64,000 nt of DNA from Perna viridis. Lineage: Eukaryota. Under the pieces are notes generated by a model that ran no database searches, was not told the DNA's origin, and saw nothing but the letters and a program-made list of their open reading frames with translations. The stretch lies in the NCBI GenBank assembly GCA_037379345.1, contig CM074514.1:14136001-14200000 (forward strand), given 5' to 3'. The translations under genes were made by a program, and so were the position numbers. Of the stretch, positions 57,120 to 64,000 are shown one piece after another (positions within the stretch are counted from its first letter, which is position 1; the number at the start of each line of letters is the position of its first letter).

Positions 57120-57350
57120 CAGGGGCGGATTCAAGCGTGAGCGTGGCGGGCGTGCGCCCCCTAAAATTTGCAAGGCATGGGTATATATAGGCGGTTTTAG
57201 GTTGAAACTTCAAATTTCTTGCTAATTTTACCACAAAAGATACCTACATTGCACCCACTCTAAAAGAATATTTCAAAATTTAACTTGAAAAAAATTTTCA
57301 AAATTTTTACTGTGCGCCCCTCCTAATCTAAAATCATGGATCTGCCCCTG
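57120..57350. mobile_element. MITE with CAGGGGCGGAT TIRs and 5-bp TSD
   Basis: CAGGGGCGGATTCA ... TGGATCTGCCCCTG flanked by GTGGC on both sides. Confidence 0.8.
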
Positions 57351-57439
57351 GTGGCCTACCTTTTATTTCACACCAATATTACGCAAACTTTGTAAAGAAT
57401 AATGTGTTTTTTTGGAAGGATGGCTACGTATACCTCTCG

Positions 57440-57717
57440 GACAAGAAATCCAAAATTTTAGTGTGAATTACGTTGTTTTCTTTATATTTCTTTGTTAATT
57501 TCCCGCCAAAAATAAATGTTTAAAGACGAAATATTGAAAAATCAAGAACCGTGACCCCTATTTTTTATTTCATATTCCAATGTAACTTGGTTTATTTAAG
57601 CCATATGCAAAGAATCAGGCAAATCTAGATGTAGTCCATTTTGGTATCGTGCCACTACGACGGACGAACATCGGTATACCATATTTATGTTCCGTCCAGA
57701 CAAACGGGTGTATAAAA
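57440..57717 (+). mobile_element. Helentron/HINE-like remnant
   Basis: GACGGACG micro-repeat followed by terminal hairpin-like TTCCGTC...ACGGGTGTATAAAA. Confidence 0.4.
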
Positions 57718-57740
57718 TTTAGGCAGCTTACAATACAATT

Positions 57741-58187
57741 TATGCCAGGGCTTACCGTAACTAAGCGGTCTTATTGAACAGCGCTAGACTTCTTACAATT
57801 ACGCTTCTGGAACATGTTGCTACAAGAATGAAGTCATCACTACAGAAGTTTTATGGTCGTCATCATAAACTCGTGGATCGTAACGGTGTATCAATCTGTA
57901 CCACGATAGTTTTCCTTTCTTGTTTCGTCGACCCTGAACTTGACTTTTTATGAGCAGCTCGGCGGGTGCTTCTAGAAAAGCAGAGGATACTTACCCTACC
58001 GATGCACCTGGTCCAAGCTCCCAGTTTTTAGTGGAGCCTGAGTTGCTCATTTACTTTGGTTACTTTGTATGTATTATTTTGGTTATTTTATGTTCTTTGT
58101 TGTGTGTGTCTGTTTTCCATGTCTGGTCTTTGTCCCTGGATTACATTCTTTTGATTTCTGCTAGAATCTTGAGTTTTTATCACTCTT
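57741..58187 (+). mobile_element. Degenerate Penelope-like fragment (RT end plus full 3' tail)
   Basis: Encodes a disrupted ...[17 protein letters not shown]. Tail shared with the 34597, 44620 and 60705 copies. Confidence 0.85.
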
Positions 58188-58420
58188 GAACGAATAAAAA
58201 TAATTGAAATACGGAACAGCACAGTGATAATACAGTTCACCAAGTAAAATGTAATTTCGGATTTGGAATGAACAATGCGAGAAAATGTGTACTATCTTTT
58301 TTTTTCAAATAGTACGTGTACTTGTGTACTTGGTTTTTTTTTTTAATGAAGAGAAAATCGATTTATCATAACGAGCAGTAATGTTTAATGAACTTTTATT
58401 CTTTAACATCTTAAAATTAT

Positions 58421-61400
58421 TCAATATAAGTATCCTTCTTTAACACTTGGGGAACTATCACTTGTTCTGGGAGGCCTTAGATAACACATGGTCGATTTTA
58501 AAAGTTCTTCCTTCTCTACATTTTCTTCATCATGAATTATCTTTTCCACGATAGGTTTAAGTTGTTCTTGATACCTGATGTTTCTATCGCTCATACATCG
58601 TTTGGCTACTTTTCCACTTTCACAACGATGTAGATTTTTCTTGTCTTGTTCTATGTTTTTTGTGGCTTGTTCTACGACTATTTGGATGGCCTGTTCTTGT
58701 GAAATCTTCAAAATCGTTTTTAAAGGACTGCGACGGAATCTATTGACTGCTTTTACTGCCACGGCAGCTGTCTTGAATTTTTTCAATGATTTCACTGCTG
58801 TACTAAATTTATTTCCAGATTTTGTAACTTTCTTTGGTTCTAATTTAGAGCATGTTCCTAAAACAAATATAATAATTAAATATCCATATAAAATTCAGAC
58901 ATTTATGGTAAGCCAAAGTGGACAAAAATCAATATTTTAAAATAATAAAAAAATCTTGTAATAATAGAAATTCATTTTGTAATATTACAAATTCCTCAAT
59001 TAGTAATATTATAAAATATCAGAAAATTTTGTCATGTGAGAAAATTAATTTCTAATATTACAAAATGAATCTCATCTATTATACAATGAATTTCTAAATA
59101 TTAAACAAATCACTTTGCAATATTGCAAAATTAGTTATATTTTTTAATATTACTGAATAATTTTCTAATATTATAAAAATAGGTTTTGATACCAAAAAAA
59201 AACTTTTTTATGTATTAAAATATTTGTGTACAACAGAAAATGATTTTCAAATATTTAAAATAAAACGATTATTTTTTTTTATATTAGGAGTATTATATTA
59301 GGAAATCTTAAATTAGATATCTATTTTGAAAATTAGAAAATGGATTTGTAATATTAAAAAAAAATATTTTTCAATATTATAAAATGATTTTGTAATATAA
59401 AAAAATCAAAGGAATTAAAAATTCGTAATTGAGTACAACAAATTCATGTTCGAATATTAAAAAAACATTTTCTAATATTGAAAAATCCTTTTCTAATTGA
59501 ATTTTTAATATTAAAAAAAAATTTGTAATAACAAAAAATCAAAAAAAAGAAAACACCTATTTTTGTCCACTTTGGCTTGCTGTAGACATTGCCACTGTTA
59601 GAGGTGATTTGTTGATGGTGCAGAAAAATCCACCTTTCAAATGATGTTTTGATATGCACGCGCCTTTTTTCTACGTGATTATAATCCATTTTTGCATAAA
59701 GATATTTATTTCAGAGAGAATCATACATTCTACACCCACAACTTAACCAAACCAAGAACGACAACCCTTGCAAAATGCCCAATTTCTTGTACCATCTATA
59801 AAATATCGCAACCGAATGTATAACTGAGACAGGTTATTTGGACTAGAATTCTGCCCCTTGTCACTTGACAAATTTAATTTAGAAAACTTAAACTTTATTC
59901 ACTTCAAATACACAAAAGATACATCTACTGTGTTACATGAATACCATATAACATGTTATGTCTATCGAGTTCACTGTAACCTCTGACCTTGTTGAACTGG
60001 AATAGCCCAAAATAAATACCAGTTTTGCTAAATGAATTCGTCTATTGAATTGATAACAATGGAGCTTAAACTATGTGGTCATTTTAATAGACACCTTCAT
60101 TCATGTTGTTAAACAGACGAAAGTAAGAGATTTTTACCTACAGAGGGTCACACCTACAGGTAAAAGACTTGGTGATTATCAACTTCAAAGGAAAAGACTT
60201 AAGATTTTCATAACTATAGGATGAAAGCGGAATTGTATAATTTGACTAGTGGACATGTTCATACTAAATTATGCAAAGACTTGGACTAACTTCTCATCAA
60301 ATTTACTGATACAAAGATTTTTTAAACATACATTAGCTAATATGGAAAACTTATACATGTATTACATAAAAACAATACTTTAATTTTTTTTAACTGGATG
60401 TTCGCATTATACAGAGTGTATTATGACTTTTCAAAGTCATGACACACTCTGGATAATGGGACCATCCTGTTGCAAATTTGAATTTTTTGTTTTTATGTAT
60501 TTTTCTCAAAACATATGATTACATGTAACATAAATATATAGAGAACTATAACAAATGGGAAAACAGAATATAATTGTTATTTGAACACTGATTTCACCAG
60601 TACAGGAGCTTTTTTTAATTCCTTCACACTCCAATGGTCACCTACTGAAACGCATAACGAGTACATTTTTCCATATGAAGAAGCAAATTCTCCTACAGCA
60701 GTTTAAGAGTAATCAAGGAAACCAAGATTCAAGCGGGAATCAAAAGAATGTAATCCAGAGACTAAAAACTAGACATAGAAAAACACACATACACAATAAA
60801 GAAGAAAAATAACTAAAATAATACATACAAAGTAACAAAATAGATAAGCAACTCGTACTCCAATAAAAACTGGGAGCATGGACCAGGTGCACCGGTAGGG
60901 TGAGCGTCCTCCGCTTTTCTAGAAACACCCGCCGAGTCGTTCACAAAGATCCAAGTCCGGGTAGACGAAAGAGGAAAGGAAAACTATGACATCATGAACA
61001 TATTGGTTTTCATGGTGCAGGTGGATACACCGTAATGATCCACGAGCCGAACTGTCTATTTAAACGACCACAGGGTTTAAGCTCCATTGTAACTAGTTCA
61101 ATAGAAAAAATCATTTTGCAAAACTGGGCTATCCAAGTTCAACAAGTCAGGAGTCGTAATCAACACAATGTAATGTCTTTAAAATGTCATCTGATGGATA
61201 CTACATGTAACGTTGAATGTAAATACTCCGAGTGACCATGATAAGATTAATAAAATTTAAATTTTGGTCTGTATCTGTTTCTGAATAAGAACTGCAAGTG
61301 AATTTTGTGGGTTGACTGTTACATATAGAAAATTAAGGAACTGATTTGTTCAAAGGGGTCCTTTATCTGGTCAAATATAAAATGAAATGGAGACTGGGTT

Positions 61401-63600
61401 TTCGTATAGTATAATTTAGGTTTGACAAAAAAAAGGAACACGAAGTACATGTATATATGAGTTTGGTCTGTGTAAATGAATGTTTTACACCTATAGAGAG
61501 GCAATGTTACCTTCATTTGTCTGGAGAATTTGTTGACTTAATCTTCTTCCAACTGGACCAGTCACTCCAGTTAGCTGAGCTGTTGAGTTGTTCTTTATCT
61601 GTGGTATCTTAGTTAAATCTACAGAGCTTCCACCAGTGCTGAATTTTAAATTATGGGATGACTGACACTACTTGACATATGTACACATCGAATTTGGTTC
61701 CGATTAATGCGACCAGGAATTCCCGAGATATATGGATGATGCAGATTTTTTTATGTCTCTACCATATTTGCAAATTTGACCATCATAGCACTTAACTTAT
61801 TTTAGAAATGAAACGTATAAAATACGTGGTGATCTTTTTCCTGACAAAAACTTCCAATGTATTGACTATTATTTACAGATTATCAAACTGAGGTCCTGTT
61901 CCATGATTTTTTTCGTATTGCTAGTTTTAATGTGCATGGTTTGTTTTGTGCATTGAAAAATTGATATTTTTGCTCGCTTATTCACTTGAAATTATACTTG
62001 AATTCATGCGGTATTCAGTGACGAAATAAGAATCATTACCTGTGAACCTCCGCTACTGCCTCCAGCATTTCCTTCACGCGTGTGGTTTTTGTTGGCAATA
62101 TCTGTTGGTCACAGTTAAAGCCATGCTCAGTGGTTGGATCAATTTGTACTCGATTATCCGTCACTGAAAAAAATCTTAACATATTCTAACGACGTTAAAC
62201 TGGTTCACATTTTAAATGTAAATTGATCAAGGTGGTTTCAGAAATACTCTCTACTGATTTGTGTTTTTGCAATGTTCACATCTATAGTCAACCAAACAAA
62301 TCGATTTGCTTCGGTCGTCTTGTAACTTTATCTAATTTTGCAGTTTTAAATTTGCGTTGCGTTTAATTTAATTTCATTCTTCCTTTTTCATGTTTTCTCT
62401 TCTTTGCTACCATGCGATACTACACTTTTTTACAACCCCATTGCTCTTTATTCAGCAAATTAATACGTTTAAATTACAATCACTTATTCTAAAATCCTCA
62501 TTATACAAGTTTGAAATCATGAAATAAAAATTTCAAGTGATTAAAATAAATAACATTAGGAGCTTGTTTGGAGGAAATAAACCGTCATCAGAGACTTGCA
62601 AAAAAATAACGTGCATCAGATATGTAAGAAGGCAAATCTAGATTAAGGAGGAACCATTTCATTTTAATGAGGGAGGGGGAGGGGGCTAGGATCAAGTTTA
62701 CAATCCTGTCCTTTTTATTTTGAGAAAATTTAGGTCATGCCTTTTTTACTCATTTTTTTTATAATATAAAAAAATATTAGGGCAGTAATGAATGCTTCCT
62801 TTTTACTTTTTTCTTATGGCCTGTCCTGGCTTTTCGTTTCTTGAAAATTTCAATCCTGCCTTTTTACTTCAAATTTGATCCTAGCGCCATAAAAATCAAA
62901 TGGTAGTTCCCTTAGACGTAACGTCCGCGACCCCACCCACATTTAAAAAAGTGACTGTGCTAGGGCCAAAAAAAAAAGAGAGGAAAGAAATGGCATCCAT
63001 GTTAGAAAGAGTTAATTGATTGTTATTTGTTGGGAAATATAAAACCAAATTCACTGATGAATTAAACTAAAAATGAAACGATTGTAGAAGGTAAAATGTA
63101 AAAACCGTTTACCAGCTTGTATGGACATAGCTGACACAGAGGAATCTCCGGCTCCTTTCAGCGGCTTACTCATCCATTTATGTTTAATTATCTCGACTAT
63201 GACAGGGCGCAAGACTGGGTCAGGACTAAGAATATGGTTGAGAAGACCTCGACAATCTGAAAAAAAATAATTAGCATCTCCTTACGGGTATAGTTCTTTC
63301 GCATGTTAAAATGTTTTAGTGTAAGTAAGTTATCATTAATAAATACCATATAGATGGTTGCCTGAAGTTGCATTTTTGGTTTATTTAACAAATGCATGTA
63401 ACGTATATGGTCCAAGTAAATTGAAAAGTAGAGATTTATTTTTAGGACTTTATGAAACAACAGTCTTGAAACAAAGCATTCCTAACCTCTTGAAACATAT
63501 CTGGAGAACACGAGTTTCTCTGTCATGCTATCCCTCAATATATCAATATCATTGTCTCTAAACGGCAATTTCCCACACAGCATACAATACAGACATATTC
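58421..63600 (-). CDS. Ser/Thr protein kinase, CAMK group (TSSK-like), 5'-partial, with long C-terminal tail
   Basis: Exons 63600-63487, 63256-63113, 62163-62040, 61638-61511, 58857-58421, all GT-AG with compatible phases. GICLYCMLCGKLPFRDND corresponds to subdomain IX and DCRGLLNHILSPDPVLRPVIVEIIKHKWM to subdomain XI. Subfamily assignment is inference because the catalytic loop is outside the window. Confidence 0.85.
58904..59584. mobile_element. Non-autonomous IS3EU-like DNA transposon in the last kinase intron
   Basis: TIRs TATGGTAAGCCAAAGTGGACAAAAAT / ATTTTTGTCCACTTTGGCTTGCTGTA, 6-bp TSD GACATT (58898-58903, 59585-59590), AT-rich internal repeats. TAY..RTA ends with a 6-bp TSD are IS3EU hallmarks. 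Confidence 0.8.
60392..60471. repeat. 80-nt near-perfect inverted repeat (38-bp arms)
   Basis: AACTGGATGTTCGCATTATACAGAGTGTATTATGACTT-ttca-AAGTCATGACACACTCTGGATAATGGGACCATCCTGTT. Confidence 0.8.
60705..61046 (-). mobile_element. Penelope-like 3' fragment
   Basis: Same tail and last RT codons as the 44620 and 57741 copies. Confidence 0.85.
62646..62912. mobile_element. Harbinger-type MITE
   Basis: TAAGGAGGAACCATTT ... AAATGGTAGTTCCCTTA. Confidence 0.55.
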
Positions 63601-64000
63601 CTGAAAGGAAAAACTATTTTATGAAATATATAATTTTCAACGTTTGTCAACTACGGAAGGGGAAGCTCTGGACCTCCCAACATGCAGAAAAAATAATAAA
63701 TTATGGTAAAGCGAAGTAGATATAACTGGCTTACAGTGTCTACACGTACACTAGGTAAACTACGTTTAAGCTAGTTGCTTCTGTGGACCCATGTTAGTAC
63801 TACGCAGTCTAATACCTATATTTAACTGTTATGCAACATAAACTGGTGGTACTGACGTTTTAAAAATGTTACAACAAGCTCCTCTCAAGCTCTCAAAACG
63901 AAAAATTAATACAAAACAAAAAAAAATCGAAAAATCTCTTTCTTCTATCAAGATGATTAGACAGTTTAAATTTATCACTTTATATACGATGATATATGTT

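Overview
AT-rich, intron-rich eukaryotic DNA. The repeat families and gene structures suggest an invertebrate, most likely a bivalve mollusc (inference). Five protein-coding genes were reconstructed by hand, with every intron phase checked: (1) the last four exons of a canonical galactokinase GALK1 (copy A, +); (2) a complete, divergent tandem GALK1 paralogue (copy B, +, 392 aa); (3) tektin-3 (-, 507 aa); (4) NUBP1/Nbp35 (+, 11 exons, 328 aa, one 10-kb GC-AG intron), head-to-head with tektin-3; (5) the 3' half of a CAMK-group/TSSK-like Ser/Thr kinase (-) whose long tail carries an MLCK-M13-like calmodulin-binding segment. Introns hold SINEs, Penelope-like retroelement fragments, MITEs, Helitron-like remnants and minisatellites. 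The most striking pattern is repeated tandem amplification of splice junctions themselves: 27 copies of the GALK1-A exon-7 donor, 5 copies of the NUBP1 exon-3 GC donor (including a GT decoy), a duplicated acceptor, and an AG|GT recursive-site-like minisatellite. This pattern is seen only in the two genes that look CpG-depleted. Two highly structured GC-rich retro-insertions without a tRNA head are also candidates for undescribed RNA elements. Most ORFs in the supplied track are spurious.
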